NCBI GenBank assembly: GCA_902619825.1
Contig: CACNFT010000003.1
Coordinates: 10,473-74,472 of the forward strand
Length of the DNA: 64,000 nucleotides
Direction of reading: 5' to 3'
Source of the DNA: an uncultured Candidatus Actinomarina sp.
GTDB lineage: Bacteria; Actinomycetota; Acidimicrobiia; Actinomarinales; Actinomarinaceae
Notes under the pieces: generated by a model
Told to the model about the DNA's origin: nothing
What the model saw: the letters and a program-made list of their open reading frames with translations, nothing else
Databases searched by the model: none
Made by a program: the position numbers and the translations under genes
In this document: piece after piece, positions 1 to 9,885 of the stretch
How the letters are laid out: each line of letters starts with the position of its first letter
Position numbering within the stretch: the stretch's first letter is position 1

Positions 1-46
1 GTATTTTGGTTGAGGATTCCAAAGTCCAACTAAAACAAAGTTAGGT

Positions 47-736
47 TTATTCTCCACTTTCTTCTGCTGGTTCTGCATCATCTGAGCCATCTTCAGATTC
101 TCCATCGCCTTCTCCAGCCTCTTCTTCGCCCTCTTCACCTTCAAGTTCTTCATCAACTACTTCTTCTTCCTCAATAGCGGCTCGAGGTATTGTTATTGTA
201 ACAAGGATTGAATCGTCATCTTCTGATGCCAACACTACTCCTTCAGGTAACTGAATATCTGTTGCGGTTACATTATCTCCAACATTTAATGGTGAGATAT
301 CTACATCCAATGATGATGGAATATTTGTAGGAAGTGCTGTAATAGAAATCGTATTATTGACTGTTTGAACAACTCCGCCTTCTTCTTTTACTCCTAGTGG
401 TGTTCCTATGAAGTTCACTTGTACATCTGCTTCAACAGTTTGAGATAGGTCAATTCTTACTAAATCAACATGGACTATCTCATCTTTATAGGCATGACGT
501 TGAATCTCTCTCGCAAGGGCTGGGAATGAATCTTTTCCTACGTTGACATTTAAAATAACATTTGATCCTGCTTCAGTTTTAAGTGCGTTATTAAATTCTC
601 TTGAATTTAATAACAATGATTGTGGTTCTGTTCCAAGACCGTACATAACAGCTGGGATTAATCCTGAAGATCGCAATCTTCTTGACTCTCCAGATCCTGT
701 TTTTTCCCTACTTGTTGCTTCTAATGTAATTTCCAT
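47..736 (-). CDS. rplY: 50S ribosomal protein L25 / general stress protein Ctc, with a long acidic (E/D/G-rich) C-terminal tail
   Basis: N-terminal region typical of the L25/Ctc family (RLRSSGLIPAVMYG...). The C-terminal ~50 aa are poly-acidic low complexity. Confidence 0.8.
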   Translation of the reverse strand: MEITLEATSREKTGSGESRRLRSSGLIPAVMYGLGTEPQSLLLNSREFNNALKTEAGSNVILNVNVGKDSFPALAREIQRHAYKDEIVHVDLVRIDLSQTVEADVQVNFIGTPLGVKEEGGVVQTVNNTISITALPTNIPSSLDVDISPLNVGDNVTATDIQLPEGVVLASEDDDSILVTITIPRAAIEEEEVVDEELEGEEGEEEAGEGDGESEDGSDDAEPAEESGE

Positions 737-791
737 GATTTCCTTAAGAATTATATAGAGTAGTTAATTTTATTTTCTATATAAAAAGTAT

Positions 792-1589
792 TTATGCTTT
801 TTCTGTTGCTTTCCTTGCTGATATTACTGCAAGAGTGAGGGTTATCACTGCAAACGAAGTTGCAGCTAGATAGCCTCTAAATAATATATCTAGTTCCCAA
901 CCTTGTACCATTACGGATCTCATTCCTTCAATTACGTAGGTTGTGGGGTTGTAGGCTGCTGCAGTTTCTAGCCATCCTTTTAATTGTTCTCTAGGTACAA
1001 AAGTAGGAGCTAAGAATATTGCAGGGAAAAATAAAAAAGTAGCTGCCTGTGCACCCTGAGATGATCCTGACTTTACTCCAGCAGCAACAGAATAACCAGC
1101 AAAACCCATCCCCCAAATAAAAGCGAGAGATAGGACGATAAAAAACCCTACATTACCGACTACAGGATCGGCTCCTATTAATTTTCCTATTAATAAAATC
1201 AATCCTGCTTGTAATAAAACTCTAAAAGCTCCAACATTCATCGGAGCCAAAATTATCGCCCATCTGGAGATTGGCATACTTTGATAACGTTTAAAGACAC
1301 CTGATTCAATATCTTCTACTAAATATATTCCAGAGGCAGCACCACTTAAAGAAGCGGAAACTATTGATACTGGGAGAATAAAATTTATAAAATTTCCATT
1401 TGCAAAATCAAAGGGCGTTCCACTTGCAGTTCCTCCAAAAACTCCTCCAAGAGCACCGTCATACACAAATAAGAAAAATGCTGAAATAATTAAATTGGGT
1501 AACTCCGCAAGAGGTCTTCTTATTACTCGTAAAACCATTCTTTTTGTTAAAACTTGTAGTTGTACAAAGGAAGATCTATTTGATTCCAT
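792..1589 (-). CDS. ABC-2 type transporter permease
   Basis: 265 aa with 6 predicted TM segments. Its start overlaps the upstream ATPase gene by 1 nt, a typical ABC-2 exporter pairing. Confidence 0.7.
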   Translation of the reverse strand: MESNRSSFVQLQVLTKRMVLRVIRRPLAELPNLIISAFFLFVYDGALGGVFGGTASGTPFDFANGNFINFILPVSIVSASLSGAASGIYLVEDIESGVFKRYQSMPISRWAIILAPMNVGAFRVLLQAGLILLIGKLIGADPVVGNVGFFIVLSLAFIWGMGFAGYSVAAGVKSGSSQGAQAATFLFFPAIFLAPTFVPREQLKGWLETAAAYNPTTYVIEGMRSVMVQGWELDILFRGYLAATSFAVITLTLAVISARKATEKA

Positions 1590-2560
1590 TACTTTTCTTC
1601 CAATTCATTTGATGAATCAGTTCCAGCTGATCCTTCAAGCCTATATCCTGTGACCTCAAGAAAAACATCATCAAGAGTTGGTTTGCTTGCTGAAACTGAA
1701 CTAACAATTATTCCATTTTTATTTAAGTCATTTATAAAACTTGGAATTTTTGCAGCACCATTTTCGACTGTAATTCTTAATTGGTCTTTATCTTCAATTG
1801 CATCATTTAAAACATTTTTTGCATTTTTTAAATCTGAATCATTTTTAAAAGAAAAGGTAATCACATCACCACCAATGCTTGCTTTTAATTCATCTGAAGT
1901 TCCCTCAGCTACGACAAGACCTTCATCTATAATTGCTAAACGATCTGCCAACTCATCGGCTTCTTCGAGATATTGTGTTGTAAGAATAATTGTTACTCCA
2001 TTATCACGAAGTCTTTTTATTTCCTCCCAAAGAACTCTTCTAGAACCAGGGTCTAACCCTGTTGTTGGCTCATCAAGAAAAAGAATATCTGGAGAATGAA
2101 CAAGACTTAATCCAAGATCAAGTCTTCTTTTCATTCCTCCAGAATAAGTTTTAACACGTCTATCCGCAGCTTCAGTTAAACCAACAAGTTCTAAAAGCTC
2201 TATAGTTCTTTTTTCTGAATCTTTTTTTGAATATCCCCAAAGTCTGCAGGTTGTAAAAAATAATTCTTTTCCTGTTAGCAAATTATCAATGCCAGTATCT
2301 TGAAGAGCTACACCAATTTTTTCTCTGACCTCTTTATCTTTGGTGACAATATCTAAACCTAAAATTGATGCTTCTCCTTTTGTAATACTTAAAAGTGTTG
2401 TAAGCATCAATATTGTTGTAGATTTACCTGCACCATTTGGACCAAGTAATCCGAATATCTCACCTTGCTCTACTTGGAAACTGACGTCTTTAACAGCCTC
2501 AACTGTCTCTTGTTTTGTAACAAAAGTTTTCTTTATATTTTTAACATCTACGGCAAGCAA
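1589..2560 (-). CDS. ABC transporter ATP-binding protein
   Basis: Walker A GPNGAGKST, ABC signature LSGGMKRRL and Walker B ILFLDEPTTGLD. Confidence 0.9.
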   Translation of the reverse strand: MLAVDVKNIKKTFVTKQETVEAVKDVSFQVEQGEIFGLLGPNGAGKSTTILMLTTLLSITKGEASILGLDIVTKDKEVREKIGVALQDTGIDNLLTGKELFFTTCRLWGYSKKDSEKRTIELLELVGLTEAADRRVKTYSGGMKRRLDLGLSLVHSPDILFLDEPTTGLDPGSRRVLWEEIKRLRDNGVTIILTTQYLEEADELADRLAIIDEGLVVAEGTSDELKASIGGDVITFSFKNDSDLKNAKNVLNDAIEDKDQLRITVENGAAKIPSFINDLNKNGIIVSSVSASKPTLDDVFLEVTGYRLEGSAGTDSSNELEEK

Positions 2561-2613
2561 GTTAATCCTTTTATAGGTAGTTATTTATGAAATTAGTTTA
2601 ACCTATTTTTTAT

Positions 2614-2688
2614 GGCCGCGTAGCTCAGGGGATAGAGCACAGGTTTCCTAAACCTGGTGTCGCAGGTTCGAATCCTGCCGTGGCCGCT
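2614..2688 (+). tRNA. tRNA-Arg (anticodon CCT)
   Basis: Cloverleaf readable: acceptor GGCCGCG/CGTGGCC, D-loop AGCTCAGGGGATAGAGC, anticodon loop TTCCTAA, T-loop GGTTCGAATCC. No encoded CCA. Confidence 0.85.
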
Positions 2689-2694
2689 AGAATG

Positions 2695-2892
2695 CTACTT
2701 TAAATTTTCTGCAGAAGTTTTACCGTTATTTTCTACAATTTCAAATTCAAGCTCTTGACCTTCTTCAAGGTCTTCCATTCCAGAATTTTTCACTGCAGAA
2801 ATATGAACAAAGACATCTTTATCGCCTTCTTCAGGTTCAATAAAACCATAACCTTTAGTTTTGTTGAACCATTTAACTTTACCTTTTGGCAT
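2695..2892 (-). CDS. cspA: cold-shock protein (CspA family)
   Basis: 65 aa with RNP motifs KGTVKWFN-like ([14 protein letters not shown]) and VFVHISA. Confidence 0.9.
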   Translation of the reverse strand: MPKGKVKWFNKTKGYGFIEPEEGDKDVFVHISAVKNSGMEDLEEGQELEFEIVENNGKTSAENLK

Positions 2893-2960
2893 GTATTTCC
2901 TTTTGTAATATCTTTACGACAAAGTAACAGTAACGTGATTAATTTTTTAGTTTGCTTATT

Positions 2961-5054
2961 TTAAAAAATACTTTTTTGGGATCCAGAATTTAAATAATTT
3001 TGAGCATATATACCAGCTAATGATACGGATTTAATTTCTAACCAAGTAAACGGATTTGGTATTTCATTGTTGACATAACTAAAAAAGGTTTCAATTGTTT
3101 GTTTATGACCTTTACCATCAGAAAATACCTTGCTCTTGTCATCTGGTCCAATCAAATATCTCATTAGCTGAAAATCTTCAACAATAAATGAGTTATCATT
3201 TCCATGAATTTCAAGTCTTTCCTTCGATAAATTGTCGTTTGTGTCTGAAAAATATTGAATGGCAGCATGAGAACCGTTTGCATAATTTATATTGATGAAA
3301 ACTTGATTGTCGTAGACCTCACCTGAATCTTTATTTATTGGACTATATGAAGAAATACTTTGTGGAAGGGATTCAAAGAAATAAGTCCCAAGGTCAATTG
3401 CATGGATAGCTTCACCTACTATTCTTCCACCACCAATTTCCTTAATGTTTGTCCAATGATCTCTTTCGAGCTTTGGAACACTAAATCTAAAGTTGATTGC
3501 GTTTGCAGGGTATGTATTTAATTTTTCTTTTATAAATTGAGAAGCGTCGCTAAACCTTCTATTAAATCCCAGAAAAATTTTCGGATCTTCCGCATTATAC
3601 ATGGCTTCTTCAATTCTGGTTATTGAATCAACATCAATTGCTAAAGGTTTTTCAACATAAACAGCTTTACCAGCATTTATTGCTTTGATAACTAAATCTG
3701 CATGATTGAAATGTTGAGTAAGAACAAATACAGCATCTATTTCATCTGATTCAAATATTTCATCTTCAGTCGAGTACTTATTCTTAATTTTAAAGTTTTT
3801 TGCAAGTGTCTCAGAACTCAAACCTCCAGATGACGCAATTCCTAAAACTTGACAAGACTTTCTTAACTCCTTCAATAGAGGAATAATTGTTGTTGAGGCA
3901 AAGTTTCCAGCTCCTATAACCCCGACTTTAATTTTTTGATTATTTTCTGGAACAACATCATTTTTTTCAAATTGAATTTTTGGTTCAGTTTTTACATCGT
4001 ATCTGATTAAAACAGACAATGGTTTCTCCTCGGAATTGAATGAATTATATACCTCCGGAGATTCTTCAAAATCAATTTCGCTAGTTATCAAACCCTGAAT
4101 ACTTATTTGTCCCTGAGACAGTAATTTTAAAAATGCTTCAAAATTTCTATTCTCTGTCCAACGAACGTATTCTATAGGATAATCATTTCCAAGAACCTCA
4201 TACTGCTTGTCATATCTACCAGGTCCATAAGATTTTGATACAACCAGTTCAAGCTCCTTATAATAAAATTCATTTCTAGAAATATTTAATGGAATATCAC
4301 CAACAACAACAATTTTTGATTTATTCCTGGCAATTTTTGTTGCAGCCTCAATTGGTTCGTTGCTGTTTGAAGCAGCAGTAATAATAATGGAATCTACTTC
4401 ATCAACTGGTAAATCATCAATTGAAGGGAAAAAGTTTTTATTATCTTTTCTTCTTGTGACATCTGGATCAATTCCAAAAACTTCTGATCCTTGTGCTTCA
4501 GCTAATCTACAAACTAATTGGCCTAAAATACCTAAACCAACAACTACAATTTTTGAACCGAGAGAAGTTTCAGATAGGCGCAAACCATGCAAAGCTATGC
4601 TTCCAAGTACTGTATAAGCTGCATCTTTAGGGTTTGTTTCTTCAGGTATTCTTGAGCATAATTTTTGATTGACAACTACATACTCTGCATGATTACCGTT
4701 TGAAACAACCATATCACCTACATGAAAGTTTTTTACATCCCTGCCTACTTCTATAACTTTTCCTGAAGAACTATAACCAAGCTGGATAGGTGAAATATTT
4801 TTTGGAAATACAGCGTTCCAAACAGCCCTTACACCCTCCTTTTCCAAAAGTTCAAGACCTTTTTGAATGTTTGTAGAGTCTTGTAATTTATCGGTTACAG
4901 ACTTATTGGAAGACTCAATTGTTGCTATTTCAGTTCCAGTTGAAACTACTGAATAATGATTTTTAATTAATATCTCGCCAGGTCCAGGTTTTGGAATAGG
5001 AGTATCCCATAGAATTGGTTCGGGATTATTTATTTCAACAACTAATTGTTTCAT
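2961..5054 (-). CDS. bi-domain oxidoreductase: N-terminal MDR zinc-type alcohol dehydrogenase fused to C-terminal Gfo/Idh/MocA NAD(P) oxidoreductase
   Basis: The N-terminus has a GroES-like ADH fold and a Rossmann motif (VVVGLGILGQL). The C-terminus has GVIGAGNFA plus the VEKPLA (EKP) signature of Gfo/Idh/MocA. Confidence 0.75.
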   Translation of the reverse strand: MKQLVVEINNPEPILWDTPIPKPGPGEILIKNHYSVVSTGTEIATIESSNKSVTDKLQDSTNIQKGLELLEKEGVRAVWNAVFPKNISPIQLGYSSSGKVIEVGRDVKNFHVGDMVVSNGNHAEYVVVNQKLCSRIPEETNPKDAAYTVLGSIALHGLRLSETSLGSKIVVVGLGILGQLVCRLAEAQGSEVFGIDPDVTRRKDNKNFFPSIDDLPVDEVDSIIITAASNSNEPIEAATKIARNKSKIVVVGDIPLNISRNEFYYKELELVVSKSYGPGRYDKQYEVLGNDYPIEYVRWTENRNFEAFLKLLSQGQISIQGLITSEIDFEESPEVYNSFNSEEKPLSVLIRYDVKTEPKIQFEKNDVVPENNQKIKVGVIGAGNFASTTIIPLLKELRKSCQVLGIASSGGLSSETLAKNFKIKNKYSTEDEIFESDEIDAVFVLTQHFNHADLVIKAINAGKAVYVEKPLAIDVDSITRIEEAMYNAEDPKIFLGFNRRFSDASQFIKEKLNTYPANAINFRFSVPKLERDHWTNIKEIGGGRIVGEAIHAIDLGTYFFESLPQSISSYSPINKDSGEVYDNQVFININYANGSHAAIQYFSDTNDNLSKERLEIHGNDNSFIVEDFQLMRYLIGPDDKSKVFSDGKGHKQTIETFFSYVNNEIPNPFTWLEIKSVSLAGIYAQNYLNSGSQKSIF

Positions 5055-5079
5055 TTAACCTCTCAAGAATTAATGATAA

Positions 5080-5736
5080 CTATTTTATTTCGCTTATTAA
5101 GGGTGAGGTTAAATTTAATAATTCTCCTGATGGTGTTTCGATCATTAATGATCCGTCAGCATTTATGTCTTTTGCCCAACCTCTTCCTTCAGGATATTCA
5201 ACAAGCTTACCTAAGGTAGTGAGCTTCGATGTATAGTTTTCCAAACTGAAATCCTCATTTTTAATATAATTTAAAATTGTTTTACCCCATTCCTCAGCAT
5301 CTTGAAAAATTTTTTGATCATCTTGTTTTTCATCATATATTGCGCCAGCTCCAGGTAAAAAAGGGTTTTCCCAAAAATAATTTACTCCTAAACCAACGCA
5401 AACAAGTTCATTATTTTCTTCAACAAGGACTCCCCCAACTTTGTCATTTTTAAAGATTATGTCGTTAGGCCATTTTAATTTGAGGTTCTTATTTTTAAAT
5501 AGAGAAACATATGAGTAACCAGCCAATAGCGGGATAAGTGTTTTAGTAAAATTAATAATTTTTTTGTTAAACACTAATGAAGTGGCCAAACTTTGATCAG
5601 CATTTTGCCACTTATTTTGATTAGTACCACGACCAGACGTCTGTACTTTACTTACTATTAGGAGAGGCTCTTTTTTAAATTCATTTATAGCAAAGTCTTG
5701 AGTGTTATCAATTTCATCAAAAAAAATAGATTTCAT
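5080..5736 (-). CDS. birA: biotin--[acetyl-CoA-carboxylase] ligase, group I (no N-terminal HTH)
   Basis: BPL_LplA_LipB catalytic domain with a GRGTNQNKW motif (compare GRGRRGRKW). Only 218 aa, so no repressor domain. Adjacent to biotin-dependent carboxylase genes. Confidence 0.8.
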   Translation of the reverse strand: MKSIFFDEIDNTQDFAINEFKKEPLLIVSKVQTSGRGTNQNKWQNADQSLATSLVFNKKIINFTKTLIPLLAGYSYVSLFKNKNLKLKWPNDIIFKNDKVGGVLVEENNELVCVGLGVNYFWENPFLPGAGAIYDEKQDDQKIFQDAEEWGKTILNYIKNEDFSLENYTSKLTTLGKLVEYPEGRGWAKDINADGSLMIETPSGELLNLTSPLISEIK

Positions 5737-5800
5737 AGTGTTACTTCTTTACATATATATAGGTCAAATATATAGATTAATAATAATAAGAAAGTTGGGC

Positions 5801-7288
5801 ATGTCGGAAGAAAATTTAGCTGACGTACGTAATGAAAAAGCAAAAAAAATTCAGCATCCAAAAGGAAAATTAACCGCATATGAAAGGATTAATTTACTTT
5901 TAGATGAAGGTTCTTTTTCTGAAATAGATGAAAATGTAGTTTCAGAACAAAATCCTGATGGTGAAGCTGTAGTTACTGGTTCTGGGACAATTCACGGGAG
6001 GCCTGTTTTTGTTTTCTCTGAAGATTTTTCTGTAATGGGTGGGAGCCTTGGCGAAATAGTTGCAAAGAAAATTTTAAGAATAATGGATTTAGCTCTTGAA
6101 GCAAAAGCTCCAGTAATTGGTATTAAAGATTCAGGTGGAGCAAGGATTCAAGAAGGAATCTCATCTTTATATGGCTATGCTCAAATATTCAAAAAAAATG
6201 TAGAAGCTTCAGGAAAAATTCCACAAATATCTGTAATTGTAGGTCCATCAGCTGGTGGCGCAGTTTATAGTCCAGCATTGACTGATTTCATTTTTCAAGT
6301 TAAAGATATTGGTCAACTTTATGTAACCGGTCCTAATGTAGTAAAAACTGTTACAGGTGAAGATGTAACTTACGAAGAACTCGGCGGTGTTGAAGCGCAT
6401 GGAACCCAATCAGGAGTGAGTCATCAAGTTTGTGAAACAGAGGAGCAAGCTTTTGAGGAAGTAAGATACCTTCTTAGCTTTTTTCCACAATCATCTGATC
6501 AAAAGCCACCAAATTTTATTACGGAAGATGACCCATCAAGAAATGTTGACTCTTTAGAATCTTTAATTCCAAAACATAGAAATCAGCCATATGACATGAA
6601 TGAGGTTATAGATAAAATTGTCGATGATGGAGAGCAGTATCCAATACATGCAAACTATGCCTTAAATATCATTACTTCGTTTGTAAGAATAAATGGAAAT
6701 ACTGTTGGAGTTATTGCAAATCAACCAATGGAACTTGCTGGAGTTTTAGATATCAATTCATCCATTAAAGCATCACGATTTGTAAGATTTTGTGATGCAT
6801 TTAATATCCCTCTCCTAACTCTTGTTGATGTGCCTGGATTTTTGCCAGGTGTAGAGCAAGAACATGGAGGAATTATTAGGAGTGGGGCAAAACTTTTATA
6901 TGCATACTCAGAAGCTACTGTTCCAAGAGTCTGTGTAGTAATACGTAAGGCATATGGTGGGGCTTATATAGTTATGGATTCAATGGGTTTAGGAGCAGAC
7001 AAACTTTTTGCATGGCCTTCTGCAGAAATTGCAGTAATGGGTGCAGAGGGTGCAGTAGATGTAATTAATCGAAAAGAATTAAATGATAGTGATAATCCTG
7101 AAGAACTAAAACAAAAATTTGTAGATGAATACAATGAAAAGTTCAGTAATCCTGACATTGCGGCAAAACTTGGATTAGTAGATAAAATAATAAAACCAAG
7201 TGAAACTAGAAAAGTTGTTACTGAAGCATTTAAAGAGCTTGTAAATAAAACAAATGTAGGAGACAAACATGGAAACATTCCCCTCTAA
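5801..7288 (+). CDS. pccB: acyl-CoA carboxylase carboxyltransferase (beta) subunit, propionyl-CoA/acetyl-CoA carboxylase family
   Basis: Carboxyl_trans family over its full length. The ORF track starts at 5702, but the ATG at 5801 (MSEENLADV) avoids overlap with divergent birA and is the likelier start. Confidence 0.85.
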   Translation: MSEENLADVRNEKAKKIQHPKGKLTAYERINLLLDEGSFSEIDENVVSEQNPDGEAVVTGSGTIHGRPVFVFSEDFSVMGGSLGEIVAKKILRIMDLALEAKAPVIGIKDSGGARIQEGISSLYGYAQIFKKNVEASGKIPQISVIVGPSAGGAVYSPALTDFIFQVKDIGQLYVTGPNVVKTVTGEDVTYEELGGVEAHGTQSGVSHQVCETEEQAFEEVRYLLSFFPQSSDQKPPNFITEDDPSRNVDSLESLIPKHRNQPYDMNEVIDKIVDDGEQYPIHANYALNIITSFVRINGNTVGVIANQPMELAGVLDINSSIKASRFVRFCDAFNIPLLTLVDVPGFLPGVEQEHGGIIRSGAKLLYAYSEATVPRVCVVIRKAYGGAYIVMDSMGLGADKLFAWPSAEIAVMGAEGAVDVINRKELNDSDNPEELKQKFVDEYNEKFSNPDIAAKLGLVDKIIKPSETRKVVTEAFKELVNKTNVGDKHGNIPL

Positions 7289-7808
7289 AAATATATCAAT
7301 AGCTTGGGTTGAAAAAGGCTCATTGACAAGAAATTTATTTTTATCTTTTGGTTTTGCGATTTTAACTGCACTTAGTGCACAGATAAGATTTGAACTACCA
7401 TTTACTCCTGTACCTATAACAGCGCAGACTTTTGTCGTTATTTTATCAGGCTTACTTCTTGGAAGTAGGTTTGGTTCGTTCAGTATGATTTTATATTTAT
7501 TTACAGGTCTAGCAGGTTTTCCTTTTTTCTCAGGAAGTGTTGCTGGCTTAGCTATATTAAGAAGTCCAACAATTGGTTATATAATTGGTTTTTTTATTGC
7601 TGCACAAATAATAGGAAATATGTCACAAAAACCAACAGTGGGTATAGCCACTGGAACTCTAGCAATTTATATATGTGGAGTTCTGGGTTTGATGATTACA
7701 TTAAACATTTCCGTAGTTGAAGCTATCGGTATTGGTGTTGTTCCATTTATTTTTGGAGATTTAATTAAAGCAAGTTTAGCAATTGGAATTGCTCAAAAGT
7801 TAAAATAA
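7269..7808 (+). CDS. bioY: biotin transporter BioY (ECF S-component)
   Basis: 179 aa and 5-6 TM. BioY-like motifs (PITAQTFVVILSGLLLG ... GFPFFSG). Embedded between the two carboxylase subunits, overlapping pccB by 20 nt. Confidence 0.8.
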   Translation: METFPSKNISIAWVEKGSLTRNLFLSFGFAILTALSAQIRFELPFTPVPITAQTFVVILSGLLLGSRFGSFSMILYLFTGLAGFPFFSGSVAGLAILRSPTIGYIIGFFIAAQIIGNMSQKPTVGIATGTLAIYICGVLGLMITLNISVVEAIGIGVVPFIFGDLIKASLAIGIAQKLK

Positions 7809-7814
7809 ATTTTT

Positions 7815-9503
7815 ATGACTAAAAAAAGAGTACTAATTGCAAATCGTGGTGAGATTGCATTAAGAATAATCAGATCGGTTAAAGAAATGGACATGCACGC
7901 AATTGCTGTTTATTCAGATGTTGATGCTGATTCTTTGCATGTAAAACGTGCTGATGAATCATTTTACTTAGGAGGTTCACTTCCTGCTGATAGCTATAGA
8001 AACTTAAAAAATTTAATGAAAGCTGTAATTGAGACAAAAGCAGACATGGTTCATCCAGGGTATGGTTTTTTGGCCGAAAATGCTGATTTTGCAAAAGCAG
8101 TTCAAAAGAAAGATGTGATTTGGATTGGTCCAAATCCAGAAACAATCAAATCTATGGGAGACAAAATTGAATCAAGAAAATTAATTTCTAAAGCTGGCTT
8201 AATGCCTGTCCCTGGTCAATTGAAACCATCCAGAACAAAAAGAGAAGCAATGAAAGATGCCAATAACTTTGGCTACCCAGTTGCGCTAAAAGCAGCTCAT
8301 GGAGGTGGAGGAAAAGGTTTAAGAATTGTAAATAATGAGGAAGAATTAGATCAAAATTATGAGATTGTAAAACGTGAAAGCGAAGCATATTTTGGATCAG
8401 ATCAAATTTATGTTGAAAAATTTATAAAACCGGCAAGACATGTGGAAACTCAAATATTAAGTGATAAATATGGAAATCATGTTTATCTCGGTGAAAGAGA
8501 TTGTTCATTGCAAAGAAGGAACCAAAAACTAATAGAAGAAAGTCCTCCTGTATGGTTGTCTGAATTTGGAAAAGAAGAGTTAAAAAAAGCAACACTCATG
8601 ATTGCTAAGTCTTCAAATTACGTTAATGCAGGTACAGTAGAATTTTTAGCTGATAATGACGAAAACTTTTATTTTTTAGAAATGAATACAAGATTGCAAG
8701 TTGAGCATACGGTAACAGAAATGAGATATGGAATTGACCTAGTTAAAGAACAAATAAAAATAGCGCTTGGTAATTCTTTAGAAGATTTTGAAACAGAAGC
8801 AAGAGGACACAGCATAGAGTTTAGAATAAACGCAGAAGACCCTGCCAATAACTTTTTACCTACACCTGGAACAATTACCGAATACAGAGAACCAATGGGG
8901 AATGGTGTAAGGGTTGATGGGTGGGTAAAAACCGGTACGTCAATATCACATTTTTATGACAATCTAATTTCTAAATTAGTTGTTTGGGGAGTGTCTAGAG
9001 AAGAAGCTATTTCTAAAGGAAAAAGATGCTTAGATGAGTACATAATTGGTGGGATACCAACGACAATTTCTTTACTTTCACAAGTGATATCTACAAAAGA
9101 ATTTAAAGAAAGTCAGATACATGTAAAATTCTTGGAAGAAAATTTTAAAATCAAAGATATTTCTGAAGAAGAAACAATTAGTGATAGACCAAGTAAGGTT
9201 AATATTTCTCTTGACGATAATGAAAGTCAATCACTGGCACCCCAGAGACCTAAAAAAATTGGTATGGATCTAACCGGCAATATAAGAAATCCTGGGATTA
9301 TCAAAGCAGATATGCAAGGAACAATTATGGATACGATGACAAAGAAAGGAAAAAAAGTAAAAAAAGGAGATTCCTTGTTTGTTTTAGAAGCTATGAAAAT
9401 GGAAAATGTTGTTACTGCACCAATTGGTGGAGTTATTAAAGAATTTAATATAAAAAAAGGACAGCCTGTAAATAAGGGCGATATATTGGTTGAAATAGGA
9501 TAG
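7815..9503 (+). CDS. accA: acyl-CoA carboxylase alpha subunit: biotin carboxylase plus C-terminal biotin carboxyl carrier domain
   Basis: ATP-grasp biotin carboxylase (RGEIALRIIR, GGGGKG) and C-terminal biotinyl domain LEAMKMEN. Confidence 0.9.
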   Translation: MTKKRVLIANRGEIALRIIRSVKEMDMHAIAVYSDVDADSLHVKRADESFYLGGSLPADSYRNLKNLMKAVIETKADMVHPGYGFLAENADFAKAVQKKDVIWIGPNPETIKSMGDKIESRKLISKAGLMPVPGQLKPSRTKREAMKDANNFGYPVALKAAHGGGGKGLRIVNNEEELDQNYEIVKRESEAYFGSDQIYVEKFIKPARHVETQILSDKYGNHVYLGERDCSLQRRNQKLIEESPPVWLSEFGKEELKKATLMIAKSSNYVNAGTVEFLADNDENFYFLEMNTRLQVEHTVTEMRYGIDLVKEQIKIALGNSLEDFETEARGHSIEFRINAEDPANNFLPTPGTITEYREPMGNGVRVDGWVKTGTSISHFYDNLISKLVVWGVSREEAISKGKRCLDEYIIGGIPTTISLLSQVISTKEFKESQIHVKFLEENFKIKDISEEETISDRPSKVNISLDDNESQSLAPQRPKKIGMDLTGNIRNPGIIKADMQGTIMDTMTKKGKKVKKGDSLFVLEAMKMENVVTAPIGGVIKEFNIKKGQPVNKGDILVEIG

Positions 9504-9505
9504 GT

Positions 9506-9883
9506 ATGAGTATTTATGGCATTGGAGTAGACCAAGTTGATCTCAAAAGAGTAAAAAGATTATTGAATAAATCTGAAGATAAATTCTTGAAAAGATGTTT
9601 TACTGAACAAGAAATTAAATATGCAAAAAGATTTTCAGATCCATCAAAAAGACTAGGGGCAAGGTTTGCAGCAAAAGAAGCTGTTATGAAATCTTTAGGA
9701 AAAGGATGGAGAGAAATAAGTTGGAAAGAAATAGAAGTTACGGGTGGAGGTAAGCCAACAATTAACACCTTTGGTAGAGCATCAGCTACTGTAAAAGAAA
9801 AAAATATTACAAATATTCATATATCACTTTCACATGAGAATGAAAATGCAATAGCATTTGCTATCTCAGAAAAGGATAATTAG
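9506..9883 (+). CDS. acpS: holo-[acyl-carrier-protein] synthase
   Basis: 125 aa. The IYGIGVD start and ACPS fold are typical of AcpS, and the gene sits immediately upstream of the fab cluster. Confidence 0.8.
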   Translation: MSIYGIGVDQVDLKRVKRLLNKSEDKFLKRCFTEQEIKYAKRFSDPSKRLGARFAAKEAVMKSLGKGWREISWKEIEVTGGGKPTINTFGRASATVKEKNITNIHISLSHENENAIAFAISEKDN

Positions 9884-9885
9884 TC

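Noticed and set aside
543-758. Numerous 60-160 aa ORFs antisense to, or overlapping, large well-supported genes. Examples are 543-758, 1650-2099, 2340-2576, 4360-4617, 6964-7278, 7879-8388, 11184-11843, 16252-16881, 20725-21207, 48468-50832 and 57600-57782.
   Set aside because: These are shadow ORFs inside confidently identified genes on the other strand or frame. They have no motifs and a composition typical of antisense translation.
5737-5800. A BirA operator (bioO) in the birA/pccB divergent intergenic region.
   Set aside because: The BirA here is 218 aa and lacks the N-terminal winged-HTH domain, so it cannot be a DNA-binding repressor. No palindrome stands out in the 64-bp spacer.
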